Below are positions 9,163 through 19,921 of a DNA stretch of 64,000 nucleotides, one piece after another. A program made the position numbers and the translations under genes. Under the pieces are notes generated by a model. That model saw only the letters and a program-made list of their open reading frames with translations. It ran no database searches and had not been told where the DNA came from. The stretch is from sequence record OP991903.1, one strand, 5' to 3'. Position 1 is the first letter of the stretch. Each line of letters begins with the position of its first letter.

Positions 9163-9370
9163 TATGACAACCCCGTTTGAAGAAATGACCAACCAAGAGT
9201 TGCACGCGTTCTCCATGGATATGGTAGAGCGCCGCGAGCGCGCCAGTAAACAAATGAAGCCCTGTCCGAAGTGTGGGAGTGTTCAGGTACAGTTAGTGGA
9301 CTGGTACACTGATGTCTTAGCGCACAAGTGTCGACATTGCAAACACAAATTCACGAGTACCCTCGAATGA
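9163..9370 (+). CDS. Small zinc-ribbon protein
   Basis: 68 aa from MTTPFEE (GGAG RBS); CPKC...CRHC. Confidence 0.7.
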
Positions 9371-9378
9371 GCATAAAT

Positions 9379-9409
9379 AGCCCAGGAGCCCCGAAAGGCT
9401 CCTGGGTCT
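9379..9409. terminator. Bidirectional hairpin between convergent genes
   Basis: CCCAGGAGCC-CCGAAA-GGCTCCTGGG inverted repeat between the zinc-ribbon gene and the tail tube stop. Confidence 0.65.
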
Positions 9410-9421
9410 ATGCACGGGTTA

Positions 9422-10285
9422 TTACACCATTGCGTTCTTCGCGGCAGTCATGGAGCTCAGGTAACCGGTATCCGCAGACTTGACGTCCGCTTCAATCGCC
9501 TGGAGCCATGCACGACGTTGAGACGGGTCGATACCTGTCTGGTTCGCCGTGTCCAGCAGCTGCTGACCAAGCTTACGCACGCCAGCACCAACCTGTTGCA
9601 GGCAGGTGAAGCCGATGGAGTGGGTAACGTTCTCTGGGGTTTCCGTGATGTCACGAGAACCTTCGATTTTCGCACCGGCACGTGGCATCATGTTGGTACA
9701 CAGCCACGCTTCCACAACGTACTTCTGCGTTGGGTCTGGTTCCACGAACAGTACGGTGAAGGCCGTGTAGTCCGGGTACAAACCGTATGGCGTGTTACGG
9801 CCACGGGCAACAACAGCAGGGACGTTGGTGTCAGGGTTACCCAGCAGGTTAATGATGTAATCCTGCCAGAACCATTTCACCGGAGTACCGATTTTCTCCA
9901 CCCATTCGAACTGTGGCTGAGAACGGGCACGTTTGACTTTCGCCAGCGTTTCCATTTCTTCGCCCGCAGCACCGAACGGCGTGCTCACGTATTCCACTTC
10001 GAGCGACTGGTCAAGACCAGTGATGCGGCGAGGGTGCAATTCGATGAGCGCCTTCAGAGCAGCCACACGCTTGTCCGGGTCGTTCAAATCCTGGAAGCCC
10101 GCTGGGGCCTCCATCAGGAAAGGAATGACCGGACGGCGGGTGTAATCCGCCGCAGCATGGTAGAACTCCAGGTTGTTGGTGTAACCACCCTGTCCCGGGA
10201 TTTCCAGACTCGTCACGGGACCGTAGGTCCCCTTAGAGTAGGATTCGCCGGAGTTCATGATGGTATTCGGGTCTTTCTTAGCCAT
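9422..10285 (-). CDS. Tail tube protein (phiKZ gp30-like)
   Basis: Start MAKKDPN overlaps the sheath stop; ~287 aa; VLFVEPDPTQKYVVEAWLCTNMMP motif; directly downstream of the sheath gene. Confidence 0.8.
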   Translation of the reverse strand: MAKKDPNTIMNSGESYSKGTYGPVTSLEIPGQGGYTNNLEFYHAAADYTRRPVIPFLMEAPAGFQDLNDPDKRVAALKALIELHPRRITGLDQSLEVEYVSTPFGAAGEEMETLAKVKRARSQPQFEWVEKIGTPVKWFWQDYIINLLGNPDTNVPAVVARGRNTPYGLYPDYTAFTVLFVEPDPTQKYVVEAWLCTNMMPRAGAKIEGSRDITETPENVTHSIGFTCLQQVGAGVRKLGQQLLDTANQTGIDPSQRRAWLQAIEADVKSADTGYLSSMTAAKNAMV

Positions 10286-12359
10286 TGTCTTCCAGCTCCT
10301 CACGACGGTAGGCCACAACAGAGGCGTTCAGAACGGTACGCATACCGCTCACCCCGATGTCAGTGCGCAGAGTCCAGCTGTAACCGTTGTCATCGTCGAG
10401 ACGAGTGATTTCGGCGTGCGGCTTGGCAATCATACGGCCGTTCGGAATGTTCGCGGCGATGCGAGCAGCAATCTGCTTCTCGGACCGTTCTACCAGCTGT
10501 GCATCGGTCAGGTTCTGGTTACCCGTATAGGAACGCCAGACTTCCCACGCATAGCGGTTGATGTTGGCCACGCAGAGACCCACCAACGCAGAACGCAGTA
10601 CCGAGGTCTGGTCTGGGTAGAAGGACTGGATGCCAGAGTAGAACTGCGAACGGGTGTCGTAGTCCTCCACGTAGCAAATACCAGCCATCCACTGACGACG
10701 CTTCACGCGATACGACATGTCGAGGTTGGAGATGTTCTTGGTGCGCTGAACGATACGGTTGTCACCGTTATCCGGTGCACTGTCTTCATCCAGGCGGCCA
10801 GTTGGGTCTTTGCCCCAGTCGCAGAACTTACGGTACAGGTCAATGCCCTGCACACAAGCAATCTTACGCTGAGCGCCTACCCAAAGCGCAGAGTGACCAG
10901 CAATCAGACCACGGAAGGACTGAGTGTTGAACTCCACGGAATCCGGGTACTGCTGCAAACGGGTCATCAGCGACAGGGCGATTGACTCATCCGTAGCTTC
11001 GTCGTTCGCAGGCAGGCTGATATCCTGTGTACTGAGGCCAATCCAGCAGTCCGGACGAGCGGTCAGCAGTTTCGGGAACAGCAGCTTGGTGTCCATGTCG
11101 AACCCGGTGTCCCACACGGCGTTGAACGGATAACGCGCGAGGTTAGACAGGCGGTAAACACCATCAACGTCAGTCAGGATTTTATTCACTGCCTGGTTGA
11201 AAGTTTTGTTCGTCATGGTACCGGTACCACCACCTTGCAGGTAATGCGTGGTGTTGGCGGTCAGCGCGACTGCACCGTTCAGCACACCCTGGATAACCAG
11301 AGAGTGGTACGGGATACCGTCGATGCTTTGTGCACTGATGAAGTTCATCTGGTGCAGGGTTTCTTCCACGGTGCCGATTGGCATCGTGTCAGTGAACGCC
11401 GATTCGTTAGCCTGAACTTTCGCCAGGAACGCTTCGAGGTTAGTCTGATAGTAATTCACAGTACCAACCGGTGGGCGTTGCATGGTGTCGATTGCATCGT
11501 CGGTCCAACGGCCCGGGATACGCTCGTTCAAGTCGTAAATCGTGTTACCCGCATCTTTATCCACCACGTTCTCTTTGAAGGAGAACAGGATGCTGGTTTC
11601 GTCGTAGGTCGTGGCGACCGCAGACGGGGATGAGAGTTCATCCGCACGCTTCATGAACTGGAAGCGATACAGGCGGGTACCCAGGGTTTCTTCTTTGTCC
11701 GCATCGGCCGGAATCGCAGAAGAAGTGGTCGGGGCCCAGAGACGAATACCGAACTTGCTACCGTCACCGAAGTCCAGGGCTTCGAAGTCGAGCAGAGGCA
11801 TTAACACCGATTTGGTGCTGCCGTCTTCTGACTCCATGGAACCTTCACCGACTTTACGACGACCGAGGAGGGACCCTTCTGCGTCAGTACCGACAGGTGC
11901 AACCACGAACTTCATGATGATGCCCGGGGTTGTGGTACCAGTTTCCTGGCGATTACCGTTGTCGTCCAGGTCGAAAGAACCGTCAGCTTTACGCTTGTAT
12001 TCTGGGACCGGGGTTTCCAGGTAATCAATGGACAGACCCAGGTTGGATTTGTCCGGCATGTCTTCCGGCGTAACGCGGATACTGACAAACCGGGACACAG
12101 CGTCAATAGCCTCGTTAAGGAACGGGGTGGAGTGGGTAGCGAAGGCCGAGTTAACGTCCAACGCATCCGCGCCGTAAAACTCTGCGAACTGAGCAGTGCT
12201 CAGATATTGCGGAGTGGTATCGCCTTGCGGCGAGAAGAAGAAATGGAGCGGGCGGTGAAACGCGAGCGCTTCTGCCACTCCTGTAGCTCGGTTCCCACTG
12301 ACGTCTTTTGTCCCTCGAAAATTAACGCCAGGAGTTGAGCTGGTAATGACCTCGGCCAT
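10278..12359 (-). CDS. Contractile tail sheath protein (phiKZ gp29-like)
   Basis: 693 aa (phiKZ sheath is about the same size); YPFNAVWDTGFDMDTK motif; synteny tube-sheath<>structural-structural-structural-terminase. Confidence 0.85.
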   Translation of the reverse strand: MAEVITSSTPGVNFRGTKDVSGNRATGVAEALAFHRPLHFFFSPQGDTTPQYLSTAQFAEFYGADALDVNSAFATHSTPFLNEAIDAVSRFVSIRVTPEDMPDKSNLGLSIDYLETPVPEYKRKADGSFDLDDNGNRQETGTTTPGIIMKFVVAPVGTDAEGSLLGRRKVGEGSMESEDGSTKSVLMPLLDFEALDFGDGSKFGIRLWAPTTSSAIPADADKEETLGTRLYRFQFMKRADELSSPSAVATTYDETSILFSFKENVVDKDAGNTIYDLNERIPGRWTDDAIDTMQRPPVGTVNYYQTNLEAFLAKVQANESAFTDTMPIGTVEETLHQMNFISAQSIDGIPYHSLVIQGVLNGAVALTANTTHYLQGGGTGTMTNKTFNQAVNKILTDVDGVYRLSNLARYPFNAVWDTGFDMDTKLLFPKLLTARPDCWIGLSTQDISLPANDEATDESIALSLMTRLQQYPDSVEFNTQSFRGLIAGHSALWVGAQRKIACVQGIDLYRKFCDWGKDPTGRLDEDSAPDNGDNRIVQRTKNISNLDMSYRVKRRQWMAGICYVEDYDTRSQFYSGIQSFYPDQTSVLRSALVGLCVANINRYAWEVWRSYTGNQNLTDAQLVERSEKQIAARIAANIPNGRMIAKPHAEITRLDDDNGYSWTLRTDIGVSGMRTVLNASVVAYRREELEDNG

Positions 12360-12528
12360 AGTTCAATACTCCAACTAATTAGTGGATAACGCAGTATGTA
12401 CATATTACGTCATACTAATTCGTGCTTTCGGCGAGTGAAAAAGTACGACGAGCTATAATAGTGCGTTTTCTTGTGCGTCATTCCCCTTCTTTTTTTGCCC
12501 CTTTCAGTTCTAATGGAGAATAATTACC

Positions 12529-13446
12529 ATGTTTAAAAGTGCGTACGAAACGACGTCTGGCTCCTCGTTTTTTGATGCTACGCTGAGCCGTCGTTTGATT
12601 TTAGCTCGGGCAGAAGGGGTACTGACCAACTCGGTAGTCGACGGTTGTCCAGACCTGTACGCCGTTCTCGAGTCTGATGCGCGTAGCAAAGACATCCCTA
12701 CGTTCGAACACCCGGTGCGGGTTGAAGAACCAGGGCGTCCAGAGTATTGGGTCATTGACCTGCGTTCCCATGCTGGGAAGATTCGTGCCAACGGTGGGAA
12801 GCTGCCGATGGAAGGCGGTTCCGGTATTCTGGTGAAACGTACCCTGCTGGAAATCTACTGGAACAAATTCGGTGGGCTGGCTGTGCAACACGCTGGGGAC
12901 TTACCGATGGCGGTTTACGCACGCTGGTTATCCGGTCTGTTGTCTACCCGCTGTAACCTGGATGCGGCAGTGCAAGCCCAGGTCCTGCTTCTGGCTGCTT
13001 TCTATTACTGCTGCCAGCACATCGAGAAAGACCGCCTGACCGAAAAACAATGTGAAGCTTTCTGTCTGCGTATTTCTCGTGCCCTGCGCGTGAACCCTTC
13101 CGACGTGATTCGTTTCCTGAGTCAGGTTAACTACATGGATAACCTGGGTGAGTTCTGCGATGAACTGAAAGCCCGGGTGTACTCGAAGTCGCTGAGCATT
13201 GTCGACTCGCGCTTCATTTACACCATCACCATGACCAGTTGGTTCGGTGGTACGGATGCCCGTGCGCTGATTGCAGCGGCATTGGAATTCCCGCCGGTGT
13301 TCATTGCGCTGGTGTTGGCGGCCGGTAAAGAACCGCTGTACCGCAAAACGACGCTGTCGGAAATCGTGAAACGCGAAGGTCGTCAGCACAACTACGCTCA
13401 GTATGCCCATATCGTCGAAGGTCTGCTGCGTGAACTGAAAAAGTGA
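12529..13446 (+). CDS. Virion structural protein (phiKZ gp28 position)
   Basis: 305 aa, GGAG RBS, divergent from the sheath gene in the conserved phiKZ-like order. Confidence 0.6.
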   Translation: MFKSAYETTSGSSFFDATLSRRLILARAEGVLTNSVVDGCPDLYAVLESDARSKDIPTFEHPVRVEEPGRPEYWVIDLRSHAGKIRANGGKLPMEGGSGILVKRTLLEIYWNKFGGLAVQHAGDLPMAVYARWLSGLLSTRCNLDAAVQAQVLLLAAFYYCCQHIEKDRLTEKQCEAFCLRISRALRVNPSDVIRFLSQVNYMDNLGEFCDELKARVYSKSLSIVDSRFIYTITMTSWFGGTDARALIAAALEFPPVFIALVLAAGKEPLYRKTTLSEIVKREGRQHNYAQYAHIVEGLLRELKK

Positions 13447-13456
13447 GGAGTAAGCC

Positions 13457-16012
13457 ATGTCGATGGTTGACTACTTGATGCAACACGCTCGTGACAATGT
13501 TTGGTGTATGCCGTTTCAGGACCGTCAAAGTATCCTGAAGCTGAGCCGACTCACCAAAGACGGTGGCGAGCGTGGGTACGTGGATGCGCTGTGGGAGTCA
13601 ATTGCACTCCCGGATAAAACCAACTTCTTCCACGTCTACCAGATTGGCCAGAACCATCCGCAATCCATCGGGTTACCGTCGGAACGCCAGAAGTGGTTTA
13701 GTTTCCAGGATTGGGGGAGCCTCAACAGCCAGGTGATTAACCTGTACGCTGATTCGGGGATTTCTTATCCACTGTCCATGGCGTACGTGTACCGCGCGGA
13801 TGATTACAATATCCTGGTGGCGGTTAAGATTCAGCAGTGGCGTTCTAACTACACGCCGATTCTGAACCTGGACACCCAGGACCTGTACATGCGTCTGTAT
13901 CGGAACGCGTACTACTTCTCCGATACCGGTTCTCAGCTGCAATACAAAGTTGAGTACGGTGGCGGCCTGGTGACCAGTGCAACCCGGACCGGTGAGATTC
14001 TCTCTGAGGTGCAAACCTACCGTCGTTTAAACGGTGTGGTCAACATGTACCTTAACGGGGTCTGGATTAGTGACGTGACCTCGACTGCGGTCAAGGTGGG
14101 GGATTTCCTGGAGTACTGCTACGACGCCGCTGTAGCGCGCGTGGTGGACTTTAAGGTCAATACCCTGTACGACTTCGAATCTGAACTTGACGCCAAGCGT
14201 AAGTACCTCCTACATCCAGCAAAAGGGTCTAGCGGGCAAACCATCCGTTATCGTGACGACGTGGACGTCTTCGTTTACGTTACGGGGGCTGATGGCAAGT
14301 TGCTGGGACGGTATTACCACCGTAACATGGAAAACTCGTTACGCATGGTGACTCACGCCGACTACAGTATCCCGGTCGATTACGTCCGTGCTTATTGGGA
14401 AGGTCAAACCTGGGCGACTGAGGCGACGTTGCGCATCCGTTTACAGGTTCGCAATGCCGGACTGGACCGCCCACTGATTCTTGAAGCGCACCGCATCAAC
14501 GAACTGTACCGGTTATCGGATACCGACATCGTGCGCGCCATGGTCGGAATTGACTCCACGTTGGAAGAGTGGCAGGCGGCCTCGTTAGAGAAAAGTCTGT
14601 ACACGGCCATCATGCGCAGCTATTACGGTCCGGAAGAAGTCCGTGACGTACTGGAAGCGTACGGGTACAACGCGGTCAGTAAGTTGGTCGACCCGTCACC
14701 GCTCACGGTACAGACGTCCGGTAACGACCGCTTCGTGACACTGGGGTACGGCCAGCTCAACAACTCGACTATGCTGGAGTACGACAAAGACGGTATCCTA
14801 CTCGGGTTCTATCAGCACAGCGGGGGTGAGCGTTACTACGTGACCAACGATAACTGTACGCTGGTTGAAGTGCAGGTTGGGGTTGGTCAGAAGCAGCTCG
14901 ATTGGCATCAGGGGAATACCGATGTCGATACCACGGGCTACAACTTCGAAACCTACTTCTGTAATAAGGTCAAAGACGTTCCGGACCTGGTGTGGAAGAA
15001 AGCGGTGGAAGGCGTGAACTACCAGATGGTCGGGAACACCGTCAACTGGTTGCACTCTACCACGAAGTACGAAGGGTTAGTGGTGACGGACAAGTACTTC
15101 TTGCTCTACACCTCTCAATTCTCCGCCCTGAGCGCTGTCTACACCTTCGACATCACGCACACCGATACCCTGGGTACGCCGTTGACGTTACAACCGGGGC
15201 GGTTAGCGCTGTTCTTGAATGGGCATCCGATTATCGAGAACCTCGACTATCGCATGGGCGTGTTCCCGCAACTGACCCTGACCTCCACGAAGTATTTGAA
15301 CGTGGGCGGTCCGAACGTGATGACTGTCATGGGAACCGGGTTCTGTGGAGATGACATGCTGCGGGACATTCCAACGGATGTAGGGTTTGCCTACGCTGGG
15401 TATATCTCTGCCAACAACCACTACGACGTTCGTGACGATAAAGTCATGCATCTCATTGTGGGCGGCGGTGTGAAGGACCCAGCGAAAGCGCCGTACGCTG
15501 AACGGTATGGTCAAAGCGGTCTGTTCCCGGTACCGAACGGTTCGCCGTACGCGTCGTACCAGGTGCATACGCCGATTCGTGGGATTTCAAATGCCGCGCA
15601 GAAAGCCTTGCGTAATGCCGCACTGGATTTCGACAGTCGTCTGGAAGACTACCTGACGTGGAAGCGCCCACAGGCTGAAATCGTGGGACCAAGTCCGATT
15701 ACCGACTTCTATCCGCTCTACAGTCCGTTCTTTACGCGCCTGGTCTATGAGCTGGAACAAGGTACATTGACGTCACCGTACACCCCAGAGGATGCGATGT
15801 CGGTGAGTGCGAAGGTGAAACCGTACGTGGCGTTACTTGACGTCGACCCGTGCCGGTTTGATACCAACGTGAACTTCTCACGTATCTACCCGGTCCCTGA
15901 CCGTGTGATGCGCAGTGTCAGTGAGCGTGACTACCGTTTCCTGAAACAAGTCATCAAACTGTACCTGAACGACAAACTGGACATGTCGAACTTCTTCCGC
16001 ATTGAGGGCTGA
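13457..16012 (+). CDS. Large virion/baseplate structural protein (phiKZ gp27 position)
   Basis: 851 aa; HARDNVWC.P.QDRQ N-terminus; synteny upstream of terminase. Confidence 0.7.
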   Translation: MSMVDYLMQHARDNVWCMPFQDRQSILKLSRLTKDGGERGYVDALWESIALPDKTNFFHVYQIGQNHPQSIGLPSERQKWFSFQDWGSLNSQVINLYADSGISYPLSMAYVYRADDYNILVAVKIQQWRSNYTPILNLDTQDLYMRLYRNAYYFSDTGSQLQYKVEYGGGLVTSATRTGEILSEVQTYRRLNGVVNMYLNGVWISDVTSTAVKVGDFLEYCYDAAVARVVDFKVNTLYDFESELDAKRKYLLHPAKGSSGQTIRYRDDVDVFVYVTGADGKLLGRYYHRNMENSLRMVTHADYSIPVDYVRAYWEGQTWATEATLRIRLQVRNAGLDRPLILEAHRINELYRLSDTDIVRAMVGIDSTLEEWQAASLEKSLYTAIMRSYYGPEEVRDVLEAYGYNAVSKLVDPSPLTVQTSGNDRFVTLGYGQLNNSTMLEYDKDGILLGFYQHSGGERYYVTNDNCTLVEVQVGVGQKQLDWHQGNTDVDTTGYNFETYFCNKVKDVPDLVWKKAVEGVNYQMVGNTVNWLHSTTKYEGLVVTDKYFLLYTSQFSALSAVYTFDITHTDTLGTPLTLQPGRLALFLNGHPIIENLDYRMGVFPQLTLTSTKYLNVGGPNVMTVMGTGFCGDDMLRDIPTDVGFAYAGYISANNHYDVRDDKVMHLIVGGGVKDPAKAPYAERYGQSGLFPVPNGSPYASYQVHTPIRGISNAAQKALRNAALDFDSRLEDYLTWKRPQAEIVGPSPITDFYPLYSPFFTRLVYELEQGTLTSPYTPEDAMSVSAKVKPYVALLDVDPCRFDTNVNFSRIYPVPDRVMRSVSERDYRFLKQVIKLYLNDKLDMSNFFRIEG

Positions 16013-16015
16013 TGA

Positions 16016-17725
16016 ATGACAACGTTACAAACGACCGCATCAGGGGTAGCGTACGTTAATACCCTGAGCGACACCACACCGGCCGATGTGCCGGTGTACA
16101 ATCCGAATGGCCTCTACAAGGAGTGGGGTTATCCGGAGATTTACTTCGGGAAGGACAAAGTCGGGGAAGGAAACCTCGGGCGCTACGTCCCCAACGTGGG
16201 GGACAAGGTGTTTGACCGCGCCACGGGTTCGTACATCGTTGATGAAGTCAGTCAACTGTTGATTCCTACCCTGGTTCGTTACCGTGAGCCACCAATTGCG
16301 GGCGCTACGGACGAAGACTTCCTGATGGGCGTGGGAACGCGTTTCCCGCAACCGGGTTACTTCATCTACGTTGACTCTTCCGTGTCACCGCCGGTGATGG
16401 CTGTGGACAGTATGGCGTACATTCGTTTACCGAGTGTTTCGTACGTGCGTGTCTTTGCCGGACTGAACCCGTTACCGAGTGCGGAGATTCTCTCTGCTCG
16501 CTATAACGCCAGTGGGGAATACGTGGACGACAAGATTCCGTGTACGCGTCTTGATGATGCCGACGGGGTTGAAGCCTACGTACCGCAGGTGGGCTGGGCG
16601 AAGCGTGATGTGGTAGACGGGGAACCGTTGACCATGGCGTGCTACGATGCTAAGGCTAACGTCATTGGTACCGTCACCTGGTTGGCGCGTAACTCCGGGA
16701 TGGTTCGTCAGTCCAACACCGCCACGAAGAACATCCTCAGTATTGAACTGGTGGGTCCAACCGTGGACGTGGGCGCGAAGACCGTGAAGATTGCGGTGAA
16801 TGCGCTGCTGTCATCACTGACACTGATGTGCCGGGTCACCTACCGTGGTGGTAAACAAGTTGACCGTCCGATTGATGGCGTGAAGATTCGTCTGGTGTCT
16901 GACACCGACTACATTCCGTCTTCTCCGGGTATCAACCAGCAGGCGATTCTGATTTACAACCTCGACTCCACGGAAGCCTTCGACGGTTCAACGGATAACG
17001 TGACACGTTTCTTCCAGGACGTCTACGTTATTGAAGCCGACGCCACCATGAAAGCGTACGGGATGAAGTTGTTCAGTTTCCCATACTGGAAATCTGCGAG
17101 CGCCGGATACGGCATTCGTCACTTCCTCCAGAGCATCGACCGCGACATTGCACTGGATGTTACGGACCAGGTGGAAGTTGCCAGTACCTCGGCTATCTGG
17201 GACCCGCTCCTCTTTGGTGTGAAGCAACGTATGACGTTTGCACTCGACATCAGTAAGGTGGATGCGCGGTACTCCGATTACCGTCACACCCAGTCGTTAG
17301 CATTCTCGCTGATGCAGGCGGGGAACATCGACGGGACGACCAACTGGCTCGTGACCTTTGAAAACGGGTATGCGGATTACGGCGACAAAGTGGTGGCCAA
17401 CCTTGCGTACGTCTCTTCTCAGGTCTGGACGTGTGCTATCGACTGTGGTGCGGCGACGGTAGAAGAGTGGCTGGAACGTTTGTACACCCGGACCCGTCCG
17501 ATGTACGACCAATCCGCAGAAGCCGGTCCACTGACCCCGACCCACTTCGTGCTTCAGATTGGCGGGCTGCGTTACCGCAAACCAATCTCCAGTTGGAACT
17601 TACCGTTCACCGTACAAAGCGGTGGTGCAGAGGGCGACCTCGCGGTTATCCACTGGGTGCAGGAAGTGAACGGGGTTGACTTGCAGTTGGCGTCCTCGGG
17701 TCTCATCATTCACCAATCAGTATAA
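16016..17725 (+). CDS. Virion/baseplate structural protein (phiKZ gp26 position)
   Basis: 569 aa, beta-rich; GRYVPNVGDKVFD motif; synteny. Confidence 0.65.
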   Translation: MTTLQTTASGVAYVNTLSDTTPADVPVYNPNGLYKEWGYPEIYFGKDKVGEGNLGRYVPNVGDKVFDRATGSYIVDEVSQLLIPTLVRYREPPIAGATDEDFLMGVGTRFPQPGYFIYVDSSVSPPVMAVDSMAYIRLPSVSYVRVFAGLNPLPSAEILSARYNASGEYVDDKIPCTRLDDADGVEAYVPQVGWAKRDVVDGEPLTMACYDAKANVIGTVTWLARNSGMVRQSNTATKNILSIELVGPTVDVGAKTVKIAVNALLSSLTLMCRVTYRGGKQVDRPIDGVKIRLVSDTDYIPSSPGINQQAILIYNLDSTEAFDGSTDNVTRFFQDVYVIEADATMKAYGMKLFSFPYWKSASAGYGIRHFLQSIDRDIALDVTDQVEVASTSAIWDPLLFGVKQRMTFALDISKVDARYSDYRHTQSLAFSLMQAGNIDGTTNWLVTFENGYADYGDKVVANLAYVSSQVWTCAIDCGAATVEEWLERLYTRTRPMYDQSAEAGPLTPTHFVLQIGGLRYRKPISSWNLPFTVQSGGAEGDLAVIHWVQEVNGVDLQLASSGLIIHQSV

Positions 17726-17733
17726 CGCTCTGC

Positions 17734-17759
17734 CCCAGAGGACCTTCGGGTCCTCTGGG
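17734..17759 (+). terminator. cUUCGg hairpin before terminase
   Basis: CCCAGAGGACC-TTCG-GGTCCTCTGGG, 11-bp stem, short T tail. Confidence 0.55.
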
Positions 17760-17776
17760 TTCACACGGAGGCAAGT

Positions 17777-19894
17777 ATGATTCTGTTCATGAAGGACTGG
17801 GAAAAGTTCCCCAGTGCGATTCCGGATAAGAAAACCAATAACGGTTACTTCATGGATTTCGCATCGAAGTTGTACCATGAAGCCGGTGTAAAGAACTGCC
17901 TCTGGCCTATCTCTTTACTTAACCCCGAAATTCAGGGACTGGACCCGTTCTCCCCGAAGCTGACGTTCGAAGAGAAGTTGGCGATTAAGAACGAGTGCTA
18001 CAACAACGTTTGGTATTACCTGCGGGAATGCCTACTGATTCCACCGGCAGTCGGTGAAGGTGGTAACCAATTCCGTGCCAACCGTGCGAACATGTCGCTC
18101 ATCTGGTCGTACTGTAACCACATCGACTACCTGTTAATTCAACCACGACAGACCGGTAAGTCCATCTCCTCGGATGCCCTGTCCTCTTGGCTCTTGTACA
18201 TCAAGTACCGTAACGCCCGTATCGGCCTGGTTACAAAGTCCGACGAACTGCGTGCAGAGAACGCCGGTCGTTTACGTCGCATTAAAGAGTATCTGCCGCA
18301 GTACCTGGTGGTCCAGGACCGTAACGACTCCCTCAGTAATGAGATGGTCACTTACAAGTCTCGTAACAACCGCTACGCCATTGCCGTATCCCGAGCAGAT
18401 GAGAACGGCGCGTACCGCGTAGGTCGTGGTAACACCACCCCTACAAACATCTGGGATGAAGCCCCCTACATCGCAAACATCAAGATTGCGTACTCCGCAT
18501 GTATGGCGTCCGGTGATGCCGTAATCCAGGAAGCGAAGAAAAAAGGACTCCCCTACGGCTCCATCATCACCACAACGGCTGGTAAGCAGGATGACCGTGA
18601 CGGTGCGTTCATCTACAAACTGTGGGCGGAAGCCATGCGCTGGTCTGACACCTTGTACGATTGCAAGGACGAAGATGACCTGCGTGAGACCGTGAAGCGT
18701 CACTGTAAGGGTCGTAAGATTCTTATCAACGGGACCTGGTCACATCTGCAAGTGGGCGTATCGGACAAACAGCACTACGAGAACATGGCGAAGAACGCCG
18801 CGGAAGGTGGGGACGCTGACCGTGACTACTTCAACATCTGGACCGTAGGCGGGTTGAAGAACCCACTGGACAAAGAACTGCTGGGACGTATCAACGGTTC
18901 TCAACGTTACTCCGAATACTCAGAGACCTTACCGGGCGGTTTCATCATTCACTGGTACCTTACCCGTGATGAACTGGAAGCACGCCGTCTGACCCTACCT
19001 GCGGTGGTGGGTTCGGATACCTCGGAAGGCGGTGGTCGAGATGCGCTGTCGTTGGTCATCGAAGACTACACTGACCTGTCGGTGTTGGGTGTGTCGGTGG
19101 TGAACGAGGCCTTGATTCCACGTTACGCCGATTTCTTGTTCGAGTTCATGATGCGCTACCCAACGTCGGTGTTGATTCCAGAGCGTAAGTCCACCGGTCA
19201 GACGTTTATCGACTACCTGTGTATCCGACTGCACGCCGAAGGCATTGACCCGTTTGCGCGTATCTACAACAGCATCGTACAGGACCATGAGGTCAACCCG
19301 GATGCGTACATGGAAATCCGTCGTCCGCTGAATACCCGTGATGACAGTTTCTACGTACGGCGTAAAACTAAGTTCGGGTTCTGTACCGGTACCACCACCC
19401 GTAAGACACTGTACAACGAAATCCTGAAGATTGCTGCCCGTAAAGGTGCGAGCCGTGTTCACGATAAACAGTTGATTGCGGAAATCAGTGGGCTGGAAGA
19501 TAAGAACGGGCGTGTGGACCACAGCCGCGATGGTCACGATGATACCGTCATCGCCTGGCTCCTTCCTGTGTGGTTCCTGGTCTACGGACGTAACCTCGGT
19601 TACTACGGACTTGACCGGAAGAAAGTATTGGCGAAAGCCATTGAAGAAGCTGGGTTGTCGAAAGAAGAACGTCAGATGAACTATCAGCTGGACGAACTTA
19701 ACGATGCATTGGAAGAAACGATTCAGGTGTTGCGCGATACCAGTAACCCGGTACTCATCACCAAGTACGAGGCACAGCTTCGTTACCTGGAAGGCGAGTT
19801 GCAGGGTATGGGCGTGCAGAACATCAACGTCTCGTCCCTCATCGAAGAGCTCAACAGTTCTCGTCGTCGGGATTCGTACAGTCGTTACCGATAA
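17777..19894 (+). CDS. terL: Terminase large subunit (phiKZ gp25-like)
   Basis: 705 aa; Walker A-like QPRQTGKS, Walker B IWDEAPY, motif ITTTAG, nuclease acidic motifs GSDTSEG and HDDTVIA. Confidence 0.9.
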   Translation: MILFMKDWEKFPSAIPDKKTNNGYFMDFASKLYHEAGVKNCLWPISLLNPEIQGLDPFSPKLTFEEKLAIKNECYNNVWYYLRECLLIPPAVGEGGNQFRANRANMSLIWSYCNHIDYLLIQPRQTGKSISSDALSSWLLYIKYRNARIGLVTKSDELRAENAGRLRRIKEYLPQYLVVQDRNDSLSNEMVTYKSRNNRYAIAVSRADENGAYRVGRGNTTPTNIWDEAPYIANIKIAYSACMASGDAVIQEAKKKGLPYGSIITTTAGKQDDRDGAFIYKLWAEAMRWSDTLYDCKDEDDLRETVKRHCKGRKILINGTWSHLQVGVSDKQHYENMAKNAAEGGDADRDYFNIWTVGGLKNPLDKELLGRINGSQRYSEYSETLPGGFIIHWYLTRDELEARRLTLPAVVGSDTSEGGGRDALSLVIEDYTDLSVLGVSVVNEALIPRYADFLFEFMMRYPTSVLIPERKSTGQTFIDYLCIRLHAEGIDPFARIYNSIVQDHEVNPDAYMEIRRPLNTRDDSFYVRRKTKFGFCTGTTTRKTLYNEILKIAARKGASRVHDKQLIAEISGLEDKNGRVDHSRDGHDDTVIAWLLPVWFLVYGRNLGYYGLDRKKVLAKAIEEAGLSKEERQMNYQLDELNDALEETIQVLRDTSNPVLITKYEAQLRYLEGELQGMGVQNINVSSLIEELNSSRRRDSYSRYR

Positions 19895-19905
19895 ACTTTC
19901 AGACC

Positions 19906-19921
19906 TATATTACTCAAGTGA
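19906..19921 (+). promoter_or_regulatory. Putative early (virion-RNAP) promoter TATATTAC-N5-TGA
   Basis: TATATTACTCAAGTGA at the head of an accessory operon; matches the phiKZ early motif TATATTAC. Confidence 0.65.

Noticed and set aside
9410-11633. Long plus-strand ORFs opposite tube and sheath (332, 242 and 132 aa)
   Set aside because: Antisense shadows caused by the strong codon bias of highly expressed structural genes.
12436-12460. TATAAT hexamer in the sheath/baseplate divergent region as a host sigma70 promoter
   Set aside because: No TTGACA-like element at 16-18 bp; phiKZ-like phages use their own RNAPs.
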